Shown here: in pieces, positions 42,614 through 52,635 of the stretch | Position numbering within the stretch: position 1 is the first letter of the stretch | How the letters are laid out: each line of letters starts with the position of its first letter | Assembly: GCA_965208905.1 (NCBI GenBank) | Contig: OZ242365.1 | Location: 1,440,001 to 1,504,000 of the forward strand | From: Nitrosopumilaceae archaeon | GTDB taxonomy: Archaea > Thermoproteota > Nitrososphaeria > Nitrososphaerales > Nitrosopumilaceae | Reading direction: 5' to 3' | Length of the DNA stretch: 64,000 nt | Program-made: the position numbers and the translations under genes | The notes under the pieces: model-generated | Told to the model about the DNA's origin: nothing | Database searches by the model: none | What the model saw: only the letters and a program-made list of their open reading frames with translations

Positions 42614-42988
42614 ATGGTGAGCAGTGCAAAATTGCTAAGGATGGTAGAAGAGATAATAGCTCTTGATACAAACATGCGTTTTGCTGCAATCATAGATTTG
42701 AAGGGAAACATACGTGAGGCCATCATGAAGTCTGGTAAAACCAGCCTAAAGTCCCAGAGAGAAGAAGAGCATTTTTGCAAGCAGGTTGCGCAACGCCGAC
42801 AGATGAGAAAGGATTTTGATTCAAGTCTAGGCAAGGTACGATATGTACACGTTGAACGTGAAAAGGTCTCCCAGATGGTAGTGTATACTCCCAAAAACAC
42901 CATATACTTTACAATGGAGCCCGAGCTAGCTGTAGAGGAAAAGATCAAACTGATAACAAAGATAAAGACAATGGTCAGTGCCTTATAG
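42614..42988 (+). CDS. Small roadblock/profilin-like hypothetical protein
   Basis: I.ALD.NMRFAAIID.KG...R.DFD..LGKVRY..VEREKV pattern familiar from thaumarchaeal paralogue families. Confidence 0.75.
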   Translation: MVSSAKLLRMVEEIIALDTNMRFAAIIDLKGNIREAIMKSGKTSLKSQREEEHFCKQVAQRRQMRKDFDSSLGKVRYVHVEREKVSQMVVYTPKNTIYFTMEPELAVEEKIKLITKIKTMVSAL

Positions 42989-43099
42989 AACCAAGGTGCT
43001 TTATTCAATTAAGGCAAAAAATATGGCAATTTGTGTGTGGGCCAGAAAATACATAGGCATGATACATCTATAATATTTGGCACCATTCAAGAATCTGCT

Positions 43100-43428
43100 A
43101 ACTCAAAGATGGCTATGTATAATCGGTTGACTCTGACAGAATAATTTTAGCGAGTTTTTTATTTGTGTCGTCAGAAGCTAATCTGGCAAGGAGGACAAAG
43201 ATTCATACTTTGAGCCCAAGAAAAACTACACCGGTAAGGGGATCAGCATCTGGAGTAGGATAGCCAGATTGTGAAAAAGAGCATCTAGGCCGATTATACA
43301 AAGTCTACAAAGCCCGTACCACGATAGAGGTTCTTGTGGTACGGCGGCAACAAACCAACGCTGTATAGGCCGCTATACAAGGCGCCAAGAAAAGACACAA
43401 GTAATGTTTACTTATGTATATAATTCCC
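43100..43428 (+). pseudogene. Decayed tnpB 3' end with retained omega-RNA-like hairpins
   Basis: TGKGISIWSRI and TNQRC echo tnpB-2 AGEGIALERRE and ENQAC. Stems at 43314-43344 and 43362-43379. Ends tatataattccc. Confidence 0.6.
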
Positions 43429-43451
43429 TAATGTATGGATAGACATGTGTA

Positions 43452-44201
43452 ATGCCCATACGACTAGCCCAGATACATGAGTGGAACAAGGTACAAGACT
43501 TTTGTACCAATACATTTCAGTGGGGCGATTACATTGAAGATGTATGGGACTCGTGGGTAAAGTCAAAGAGTCTGCTAGTATACGAGGATAACGACACAAT
43601 TTTAGGAATATGTAACGTTGTCACACATAACACCGAAGCTTGGATAGAGGGTCTACGTGTAGATGTAGCGGCGCGTCGTCGCCACATAGGTAAATCACTG
43701 CTACGCGCCGCCGAAGAGGCCGCCATACAGCAGGGCGCCACATACAGTAGGTCCGCCATCGAAAGTAGCAATATGCCATCACTGCAGATGTGCTATATGG
43801 CTGGATACAAAACAGAGCAAAAGTGGTACATGTATAGATGCGATGCGCAACCACATGCTACATACGGTATAATCAAACCTGTACCAAAACATATGCAACC
43901 GAACAGATACGTCAATTCGTGGATTTGGGTAAATACTAACAATATATCGCCAGATCATATATTACATATGCCAGATGGGCCTGTCTTTGTACTGTCCGAC
44001 TCAGATAGGTTCCCAAACACACTCATGGTCACCATATACAACAATGCCAAACATGATATCAATGATACAATACACTACATATCCAACCTTGCATACAACA
44101 AAAACCAATCCATACAGATATTCTCCACTGATATAATACGCCACAAAGCATTACATGACCACAACTCTACAATAACGGTAGTTCTAAAGCAGATTTCGTA
44201 A
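43452..44201 (+). CDS. GNAT-family acetyltransferase
   Basis: WGDYI..VWD.W, AWIEGLRV....RRRHIG..L, N.PS. Confidence 0.88.
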   Translation: MPIRLAQIHEWNKVQDFCTNTFQWGDYIEDVWDSWVKSKSLLVYEDNDTILGICNVVTHNTEAWIEGLRVDVAARRRHIGKSLLRAAEEAAIQQGATYSRSAIESSNMPSLQMCYMAGYKTEQKWYMYRCDAQPHATYGIIKPVPKHMQPNRYVNSWIWVNTNNISPDHILHMPDGPVFVLSDSDRFPNTLMVTIYNNAKHDINDTIHYISNLAYNKNQSIQIFSTDIIRHKALHDHNSTITVVLKQIS

Positions 44202-44236
44202 AAACGGTTTTACAATAGCTATTTAGATACATATAT

Positions 44237-46078
44237 GTGTCCACCGAACAGGCCAAAGCCGCCGAATACATACAAAGAAAATCTGTCACAACCTGCATGA
44301 AGCGCAATGTACTGCAGATGAGTAAAGATACATCCACACGAGTGGCAGCAGACAGACTTCGAGAACACGAGCTGGACGAAATTCTTGTGGTCGAAGATGA
44401 AAAATGTATAGGCATAGTTACCGACAAGGACATTCTAAGCAAGGTCAGTGATGTCAATGTGGATGCCGAAAGTACCACACTCGAAGACATAATGGTCACG
44501 CCTGTGATATCCATACGCAAAAAGGAGAATCTGCACAAGGCATTAGAGATAATGAAAGATACACACCACAACAAGCTTCCAGTAACAGACAGGCGCGGAC
44601 GGGCACTAGGCATAATACACCGGCGCGAGATATTAGACAGGGTCCAGTGGGCGGCAAGTCAGGCCACGCCAAGATTGATGAGTCCACCCGCCAAGGCCAT
44701 ACTGGGAAATTTGGGATTTGTACTGCAGTTTGCTGGCGTTCTACTACTGTTACCAGCACTAGTATCAACATTCATGGGCGATACGGTTACTGCAACAGGA
44801 ATATACCTAAGCTTGGTACTTCTCTTGGTGGTGGGGTTCTTTTTGAACTCGTACGGGGAGAAGGCCAGAATGAATATGCGTCAGGCCTCTGTAGTTGTAC
44901 TGTCCAGTCTGTTTATGCTATCACTGTTTGGAACCATACCGTATCTATATCTGCCATCAGATATACAGCTAAACGGCACAGATGAGATAACCGTAGATAC
45001 CTTTGCTAGTGCATTCTTCTCTAGCGCGGCCGGGTTTACCACCGGTGGCATATCCCTATACGACACACCCGAAGACCTACCTCAAAGTTTTACGTTTTAT
45101 AGAAGTTATACTCAGATGATTGGCGGCATGAGTTTCATATATTTGGTCATTACCGCGTTTTATCCCAACAGCAAGCTAGCAAGCATGCGCAGCTTTATCA
45201 CCGGCAAGGGCTTGCACATGCGAGAACTATTTGGAACTATTACAATAATATTCACACTGTATGTCACGGTTATCGCACTACTACTATACCTGATGGGCGA
45301 TGACAACATAATAGACGACTTTTCATTGGCCATGAGTACATTGGCCACTGGTGGTTTTGTGCCGCACTCTGAGATTGTTCAAAACATGGAGTGGCCCAAA
45401 CAGATGGTGCTTATGAGCGCCATGATTCTGGGAACGTTGCCCTTTGCCTTACACTATGGGATGGTGAGCAAGAGGGGCAGATTGCCAGTTATTGGCCGGG
45501 AGGTATCTGTATACTTTGCAATGCTTGCTATTGCCATTATCATATTTGCATGGGTTGGCGGTACAGACATACTGAATAGCGCATTTTATGCCATATCTGC
45601 TAGTACGACTGCAGGCGTTCAACCATCCTCACTGGCAGATTTGGCCATACCAGGGCAGTACATACTGATAGTTCTTATGCTGATAGGTGGGTGCGGCTTC
45701 TCCACTGCCGGCGGCATCAAGATGTTTAGACTATTCTATTTGGTTAATGCGTTCAAGATGATACTCCCCAAGAGTCGCAGTAAAGTCAGCGCCGAGTCCC
45801 GACGGGACATACGGGCTGCCCTTATAGTGATTTCAGCATTCCCGATTATAGCTTTTTTGTGTGGTGCATATCTTGTAGAGTTTGAGGGTGCCGACCCTGA
45901 CTTGGCATTCTTTGATGCTGTGGGAATCATTACTACAGGCGGACTGTCCACAGGTGTAATAGACTTTGAGACATCTGCGCACACCAAAATTTTATTATCC
46001 ATGTTGATGATATTTGGTCGTCTAGAGATAATAGCTCTGGTATATGTAATAGCGCCTCGTATAATAGGTAGGAATTAA
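44237..46078 (+). CDS. trkH: CBS-domain-fused TrkH-type potassium uptake protein
   Basis: N-terminal CBS pair, then pore motifs GFTTGG, LATGGF, STTAG, ITTGG and GRLEI. Confidence 0.9.
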   Translation: MSTEQAKAAEYIQRKSVTTCMKRNVLQMSKDTSTRVAADRLREHELDEILVVEDEKCIGIVTDKDILSKVSDVNVDAESTTLEDIMVTPVISIRKKENLHKALEIMKDTHHNKLPVTDRRGRALGIIHRREILDRVQWAASQATPRLMSPPAKAILGNLGFVLQFAGVLLLLPALVSTFMGDTVTATGIYLSLVLLLVVGFFLNSYGEKARMNMRQASVVVLSSLFMLSLFGTIPYLYLPSDIQLNGTDEITVDTFASAFFSSAAGFTTGGISLYDTPEDLPQSFTFYRSYTQMIGGMSFIYLVITAFYPNSKLASMRSFITGKGLHMRELFGTITIIFTLYVTVIALLLYLMGDDNIIDDFSLAMSTLATGGFVPHSEIVQNMEWPKQMVLMSAMILGTLPFALHYGMVSKRGRLPVIGREVSVYFAMLAIAIIIFAWVGGTDILNSAFYAISASTTAGVQPSSLADLAIPGQYILIVLMLIGGCGFSTAGGIKMFRLFYLVNAFKMILPKSRSKVSAESRRDIRAALIVISAFPIIAFLCGAYLVEFEGADPDLAFFDAVGIITTGGLSTGVIDFETSAHTKILLSMLMIFGRLEIIALVYVIAPRIIGRN

Positions 46079-46099
46079 TCTAGCATATTACATCTAAAT

Positions 46100-46888
46100 A
46101 TGATGTATAGCGCACGACGGGGGCGCATGTTGGTCATAACCGGCATAATACTGATTGCCGTCCTGTTTGTATGGTATTATAGGTATCAGGATCCGGAATC
46201 CTTGACGCCTCAGGCCATATCTACAATACATTGGCTGGCACAGATGTTCTATGTCTTACTGGTGGCATGTTTTGGTATGATATCTTGGGGTCTGTACATG
46301 TATCATCGTGCCAACATATCTGGTGACGGTCTATTATCTGTCATATCCACACATATAGACAATAAAAGGTCACAGACAGTATTTGTTATTGTTATAGTTA
46401 CGTATGGTGTATTCTTTTCACTGGTATCGGGCACGCTGGTATATCAGCCTACAGTAAACTTTGTAGAACATTATGGTGTGCAAGTACCATCGATACTGGT
46501 ATCGCCCTGTTGTGGGGATATGGGATATATGCCCACCATACTTGTGTATATAACCGAACATGTGGGGCTACAGATAATACCGCTAAATTTGGTACTACAG
46601 GCTACTGTCTCGTATTTGGTGGCGCTAAATGTAGCACTGGCCGTATCGGCATATACGGCATCCCGCAAGGCCAAAGGTGCCGGGATGGTGGGGGCCGTCA
46701 CGGGTCTGTTTGTAGCATGCCCCACATGTGTGGGAACACTCTCATCTGTATTCATAGGAACTGCCAGCGGCATTGCGCTCTCTGCCACGCTGTCGTATCT
46801 GCAGACAGCTTTTATTGCAGTATCCATACCGGTACTGCTGATTACTCCGTTTGTACTGGTCCGTCAAATCAGGCGATGTCGAATCTGA
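46100..46888 (+). CDS. Membrane protein with CC and CxxC motifs
   Basis: Several TM helices, PCCG..GYMP, ACPTC. Confidence 0.75.
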   Translation: MMYSARRGRMLVITGIILIAVLFVWYYRYQDPESLTPQAISTIHWLAQMFYVLLVACFGMISWGLYMYHRANISGDGLLSVISTHIDNKRSQTVFVIVIVTYGVFFSLVSGTLVYQPTVNFVEHYGVQVPSILVSPCCGDMGYMPTILVYITEHVGLQIIPLNLVLQATVSYLVALNVALAVSAYTASRKAKGAGMVGAVTGLFVACPTCVGTLSSVFIGTASGIALSATLSYLQTAFIAVSIPVLLITPFVLVRQIRRCRI

Positions 46889-47118
46889 GGCGTAGTGTTA
46901 TTGCCAATGTCGTATCCTTCCTGTTTTAGGTATTTCATGGCTAGTTTGTACACTACAGCATCATGTTCGGATATAGCTAGCGCATCGTTCCATGATATGT
47001 GGCCGTCTTTATCTATCTGTGATTTTATTTTGGGCAGTATGGAGCGGGCAATCTTGCGACAGTCATCAAATGTTCTGCCATCTTTGTAGGCGGTAACTCG
47101 TATATCACATTGCTCCAT
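46864..47118 (-). CDS. Small hypothetical protein
   Basis: ATG start with TATA-like sequence upstream; soluble-protein composition. Confidence 0.65.
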   Translation of the reverse strand: MEQCDIRVTAYKDGRTFDDCRKIARSILPKIKSQIDKDGHISWNDALAISEHDAVVYKLAMKYLKQEGYDIGNNTTPQIRHRLI

Positions 47119-47432
47119 ATGGATAATCTTCTTTTATATCATATATGAAGATTAGTAGTAAGGTTTTGGAAATTATCTCTAGAATGTATACTGCCTGTCA
47201 AAATAAAGTCAATTATGCATGGGAATACTGAACCGACTGTATGTGTGGAAATTTCGTATTTTGTTTGCGTACCAGAATTACCATTGTGTCATATGTCAAT
47301 TGATGAGTGTAGTGCTTTTCACACATTAAATGATCAGTTTAGATAAGTGTATAATATTTCAGTTACATTCAGGCTATAGCTGTTATACATAACGCGCAAC
47401 ATAAATATTAAAAAATTGAAAAAAATGGACTA

Positions 47433-49085
47433 TTATTTAATGTCACAACCCGCGTTGGGTACACTGTTATAGTCAAGCTGAATTATAAGCGAGGTACCAG
47501 GGAATGTTCCGCTAATCTTTACATCATGACCACTGACTGTCAGAGGCAGAGTCTTGGGACTGTTATCATCCTCTGTTAGTTCCCAGTCATCGCCAAACGT
47601 GTACGTCACATCTGCGGTATCATCATTGTTTCCGTCTAGTATGGTCAAACCTAAAGTACCAAAGTTTGCTAGGTTGTCATCATCACCACTTGCTCCGATT
47701 ATATCGGTTATCGTCAATGGGTTTCCACCACAGTCTAGGGTGTCCTCGTACGTCTTTAGTATGCCATCACCAGATATGCTTGCACCAAATGTCCTGCTGT
47801 ATGGTGTGTCTGCACCTACGGCACTTGCTGCACCACCAATACTGATTGAACACGTAGTATCACTATATGCATTCCAGTTTACCATTACTGTGTATAACTC
47901 GATCTCTTCGTTCTCATCAGTCCTTGGGTTGTCCTTTGTAGCATTAAGAATTAAGGCATCTCTAGTAGTAGCGTCAGTAATATCAGTACCGAAGTTAGCA
48001 CCAGCAGGGTTAGTATGAAGCTTACCAAAGGTGGCTCCTGTAGTGTTACCAAACGTACCATCATACAGTCTGGTCTCAAACTGTAGACCCATGCCAGCTG
48101 TAAGTTTTCTATTATCAAATGTCTCAGGTCTGTCATATTCAACATAATTATCAATATCACTGCCGTCACCAATCACAAAGTTGTTGTTGTATAATGTTCT
48201 GCCATCTACAGTTATGTAGTTTATTTGAGAATATCCACGTAGTGTATTGGCACCAGTAGCATCATCAGAAATACTTGCGGAGAACTCTCGAGACAGATAC
48301 TGTACGTTACCAGCAGTACTGGCATCATCAGTAGCAGTTCGGATACTAGGATTGGAATGTATCATATCTGCCGTATCCAAGAATACATCACTACTACATG
48401 TGAATGCCATGTCTAGTTCATAACGATCAAAGCCAGATACGGTAGTCTTCTTGCCGTGTTGCTTGTAATCATAGTTGGTTATAGTTTTGGTTGTCGTGCC
48501 CTCAAAGAATCCAGATATGGTCTGTGTTGTCTGTGAGCTGCTAGTGGTATTTCTGATAACGCCTAACTCTGCACTTATGGCCTCAAGTTGATCATTTATT
48601 GTCGCCATGTTCAGTGCAATGCCAGCCACCCTTTCAGATAGTATCTGCAGGGATGTGCTGTCAACGCTACTACTCTGACCACTCACTATGCTAGTCTCAA
48701 TAGCCATCAGTCTATCCTCTATGCTGGTTATCTTGTTGTTTATCGCACCAATACTTGCTGCAACAGCATCAAATCCAGTTATTGATGATTTGATTTGAGT
48801 TACATCAGTAGAAATGGTAGCAACGCTACTCTTTACTTCATCAACAGAAGAACCCACAGATGTCAGTGTTGACTCAATGCCAGATATACTGGCAGATAGG
48901 GCCTCTACAGCATCAGACAGGCTAGATACCATATCATTTATGGCATCAACTACAGTCATTATAGCAGAAGTATTATCATCTATTTTTTCAATACGTTGTG
49001 TATTTGATTGTGCATATGCGTCTATTGTCATGGCTCCTGTTACCACTAATAGTGACAACAAGAGTGCATGTATTTTTATTTCCAT
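47433..49085 (-). CDS. Secreted/surface protein: signal peptide, coiled-coil stalk, acidic beta-rich C-terminal region (complete copy)
   Basis: MEIKIHALLLSLLVVTGAMTIDAYA signal, S/T/I heptad stalk, D/T/G-rich C-terminal region. Confidence 0.85.
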   Translation of the reverse strand: MEIKIHALLLSLLVVTGAMTIDAYAQSNTQRIEKIDDNTSAIMTVVDAINDMVSSLSDAVEALSASISGIESTLTSVGSSVDEVKSSVATISTDVTQIKSSITGFDAVAASIGAINNKITSIEDRLMAIETSIVSGQSSSVDSTSLQILSERVAGIALNMATINDQLEAISAELGVIRNTTSSSQTTQTISGFFEGTTTKTITNYDYKQHGKKTTVSGFDRYELDMAFTCSSDVFLDTADMIHSNPSIRTATDDASTAGNVQYLSREFSASISDDATGANTLRGYSQINYITVDGRTLYNNNFVIGDGSDIDNYVEYDRPETFDNRKLTAGMGLQFETRLYDGTFGNTTGATFGKLHTNPAGANFGTDITDATTRDALILNATKDNPRTDENEEIELYTVMVNWNAYSDTTCSISIGGAASAVGADTPYSRTFGASISGDGILKTYEDTLDCGGNPLTITDIIGASGDDDNLANFGTLGLTILDGNNDDTADVTYTFGDDWELTEDDNSPKTLPLTVSGHDVKISGTFPGTSLIIQLDYNSVPNAGCDIK

Positions 49086-49131
49086 TACAGTGACTTTGAT
49101 TATTAGTATTTAAGGGCAAAGTACAATTTAT

Positions 49132-49599
49132 TTAACCACAGCTCAATATTTTATTACCATTCTCATCCATTATACCATCCCGTATTTTAGTAGTAGATAT
49201 GCGAGTGCCGTCTGAACCAGATACCATGGGCACTATTACAACATCCACGGCAGCTAATCCGCGCCTAGTACGCATATCATTTAATACATCACCCATGTGG
49301 GCGGTCTCCTCACTACACACCAAGACATGCACAGATGGTTCCAGTACGGAAGGGCCAAAATCATCATCCAGACGTGATATAACATATGTAGCAGTGGGGA
49401 ACTTGTCCCGTATAAAGCAGGTCAAATTATGTAGCCGTGTGTCATAGTTATTTACAACATGCTTGTCTCGCCGTATAACAAACTCATCACTACACAGGCC
49501 GATTATGGTACTATCATACTGTAACGCCACCGAAAGTAATGCCTCGTGGCCTTTGTGTATAATATCAAATGTACCACCAGTAGCAGCTATAAAAGACAT
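49132..49599 (-). CDS. coaD: Phosphopantetheine adenylyltransferase, archaeal type
   Basis: GGTFDIIHKGH..LL, D.FGP, SEET, N..R..RGL, RISTT.IR.G. Confidence 0.92.
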   Translation of the reverse strand: MSFIAATGGTFDIIHKGHEALLSVALQYDSTIIGLCSDEFVIRRDKHVVNNYDTRLHNLTCFIRDKFPTATYVISRLDDDFGPSVLEPSVHVLVCSEETAHMGDVLNDMRTRRGLAAVDVVIVPMVSGSDGTRISTTKIRDGIMDENGNKILSCG

Positions 49600-49603
49600 G
49601 TAA

Positions 49604-50626
49604 TCATTCCACAGTAAATAGTACGATAGGGCCGGGTACGGATATGGGCGTATTCAGATTGTTTCGTAGAAACACCTCCATTATATAATCTCCCACATAT
49701 GATGGGCTCCAGGGTACGGATATCTCGGTAATAGGTAATTGTACCTGCGTGCTCTCTGAGAATACAATTGCTGAACCAACCTTTGGTTTTATCTGTAGAT
49801 ATAACCAGTGAGTATTATTAGCATCTAGATGTAGACCGGTGCCCAGAGTTACGTTTTGATATACATCCAACAATACAGTACGCGTATCATTATCGTCTTT
49901 GATCCACACATCTGTAATATAAGATGCCAAATCTGGGGGAGAAGCAACATTAAAGATTCGTTTCTGTACGCTCATAGAACTAAAGACATCTGACTCGGCA
50001 TATATGGCAACACTTCTAGCATTATATGGTATGTTTCCATATACGTTGGTAAATAATGTGCCATCCATTCCCATATCCCCTAAAACATGCGTGTCAGTGC
50101 GCAACACCCGAGGAGGCTCAAAGACATCCCTGTACGTCACATGTATGGTAACGTTGCTGTGGGGGGAGTGGGCCACATCCGATATGGTTACATTTCCAGT
50201 TACAGGGTTCATATCAATATGTATGCCCAATGGCTTTGGGTTCGCCTGCTCAAACATCAATATACTTGGTATGGCATCTGCAATACGAATGCCCGGTTCC
50301 GGCGACTGTACAGAGAATGGGGATGATGATTTTGGAGGTATTACTTGTAGTGATGGTGATGATATTACACGGTATAGTGGCGTGTTACTTGTATCATCAT
50401 AGAACTTTACTAGTAATACTACATTTCCCACGTATGATAACTCAGACTCATTGTATATCATACCGGTTACTATGGTGTAACCATTTACATCCGTATACTG
50501 GTATGTGGGGCTTGCCATCTGAACCACCAATGTACTTGGCGTGTCATATGTCTGCGCATGTATCGATACAGGCACCAACAATATCATGGACAAAAGTACA
50601 CCGCACAAAATACATGACACTCGCAT
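49604..50626 (-). CDS. Secreted Ig-like (FxLYD-like) domain protein
   Basis: Signal peptide, GMIYN...V.L.VKFYD...IPP..SSPF, C-terminal W.P...GDY..EVF. Confidence 0.7.
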   Translation of the reverse strand: MRVSCILCGVLLSMILLVPVSIHAQTYDTPSTLVVQMASPTYQYTDVNGYTIVTGMIYNESELSYVGNVVLLVKFYDDTSNTPLYRVISSPSLQVIPPKSSSPFSVQSPEPGIRIADAIPSILMFEQANPKPLGIHIDMNPVTGNVTISDVAHSPHSNVTIHVTYRDVFEPPRVLRTDTHVLGDMGMDGTLFTNVYGNIPYNARSVAIYAESDVFSSMSVQKRIFNVASPPDLASYITDVWIKDDNDTRTVLLDVYQNVTLGTGLHLDANNTHWLYLQIKPKVGSAIVFSESTQVQLPITEISVPWSPSYVGDYIMEVFLRNNLNTPISVPGPIVLFTVE

Positions 50627-50928
50627 GTCATTATATGTGACGCAATTCAATAATATAGTTATTGGCCAATATGCCTCTTGGGTATCCATGATGACGTAGG
50701 CGGAGATATCATGAAGCCGGAGTTGTTATGGCAATTCTGGGCGCAGTAACAGATCCTCTTGTAGATACGTGGGGAGTCGCTCAGGCGGCGTACCATTCCA
50801 GCGGGAAGCACCCACGCCACCTGGCGTATCCATCTGGTAGAACCAGATCTGATCTCCCTCCGAACTGGCATATATCTGCAGACCCGACCGCTTTGAAACC
50901 TAAAAAGTCCCTAGTTGGGGTCAGAACC

Positions 50929-52152
50929 CTGCAGATACTATCTGAAAGGGTGGCTGGCATTGCACTGAACATGGCGACAATAAATGATCAACTTGAGGCC
51001 ATAAGTGCAGAGTTAGGCGTTATCAGAAATACCACTAGCAGTTCACAGACAACACAGACTGCAACTGGATTCTTTGAGGGCACTACAGAGAAAACTATCA
51101 CCAACTATGATTACAAGCAACACGGCAAGAAGACTTCCGTATCTGGCTTTGATCGTTATGAACTAGACATGACATTCTCATGTAGTAGTGATGTATTCTT
51201 GGATACGGCAGATATGATACATTCCAATCCTAGTATCCGAACTGCTACTGATGATGCCAGTACTGCTGGTAACGTACAGTATCTGTCTCGACAGTTCTCC
51301 GCAAGTATTTCTGATGATGCTACTGGTGCCAATACACTACGTGGATATTCTCAAATAAACTACATAACTGTAGATGGCAGAACATTATACAACAACAACT
51401 TTGTGATTGGTGACGGCAGTGATATTGATAATTATGTTGAATATGACAGACCTGAGACATTTGATAATAGAAAACTTACAGCTGGTGCTGGACTAAAGTT
51501 TGAAACTAGACTATATGATGGTGAGTTTGGCAACACTACAGGAGCCACCTTTGGTAAGCTTCATACTAACCCTGCTGGTGCTATTTTCGGTACTGCGATT
51601 CCGAGTGCAGATCCTAGTGAATATGAGTACTTAATTAAAAATGCTACAAAGGACAACCCAAAGACTCCTACGAACGAAGAGATTGAACTATACACAGTAA
51701 CGGTAAACTGGAGTTCATTTAATGCTGCTACATGTTCAATCAGTATTGGCGGTGCAGCAAGTGCCGTAGGTGCAGACACACCATACAGCAGGACATTTGG
51801 CGCAAGCATATCTGGTGATGGCATACTAAAGACGTACGAGGACACCCTAGACTGTGGCGGAAATCCATTTACGATAACCGATATAATCGGTGCAAGTGGT
51901 GATGATGACAACCTAGCAAACTTTGGTACTTTAGGTTTGACCATACTAGACGGAAACAATGATGATACCGCAGATGTTGCGTACACGTTTGGCGATGACT
52001 GGGAACTAACAGAGGATGATAACAGTCCCAAGACTCTGCCTCTGACAGTCAGTGGTCATGATGTAAAGATTAGCGGAACATTCCCAGGAAGCTCGCTTAT
52101 AATTCAGCTTGATTATAACAGCGTACCCAACGCGGGTTGTACGATTAAATAA
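50929..52152 (+). pseudogene. 5'-truncated (possibly silent) variant of the 47433-49085 surface-protein gene
   Basis: Frame intact from LQILSERVAG to stop, but signal peptide and most of the stalk are missing; upstream 50728-50926 is unrelated sequence. Confidence 0.75.
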
Positions 52153-52159
52153 TAGTCCA

Positions 52160-52175
52160 TTTTTTTCAATTTTTT
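52160..52175 (+). terminator. T-tract terminator
   Basis: tttttttcaatttttt just after the stop; mirrored at ~47410-47426 for the other copy. Confidence 0.6.
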
Positions 52176-52635
52176 AATATTTATGCTGCGCATTATAACA
52201 GCGTGTATAAGCTTCTGTACAGGTTATAGAAATAGTTCATCCCCCAACATCATGAGAGTTATCGATATGAAAACCATGTTAGGTTGTTACACTGTATTAC
52301 GTTGATGGTATTTCTTTCTAAGATATGTGATAAAACATATTGTATAATATTACACGATCTTTATAGCACGCCGATTGGAAAAGTCAAAAATTTGTTTCCT
52401 GTACTATATAATATGGCATATGCCAAATTGTTACAACAGGTCCGTAGTTCCGAAAAGTCAGGACGCGTTGCATGCAGATTAGGCATGTTGCTAGTGTTAC
52501 TCAATATGAAGAGTGTCTTTACAACAACGGTCATCACGCCTAGGCGATTTTCAATTGTGTAGGAACTTTTGCGTGCCGCCATAGAGGCATATCTACTGAA
52601 TTTAATTATATACAATTCACACATAACATATACGA

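Larger units (their letters stand above)
47394..52191. repeat. ~1.26-kb inverted repeat pair (47394-48652 / 50927-52191)
   Basis: Near-identical DNA from ccctgcagatactatctgaaagg through the stop codon and T-rich terminator, with clustered divergent patches. Confidence 0.95.

Noticed and set aside
47166-47200. Sixth omega-RNA-like end on the minus strand (gagataatttcc)
   Set aside because: Too degenerate; no clear hairpin or tnpB remnant.
50728-50928. N-terminal 67 aa of the ORF-track protein 50728-52152
   Set aside because: Unrelated to the paralogue and lacks a signal peptide; likely chance read-through.
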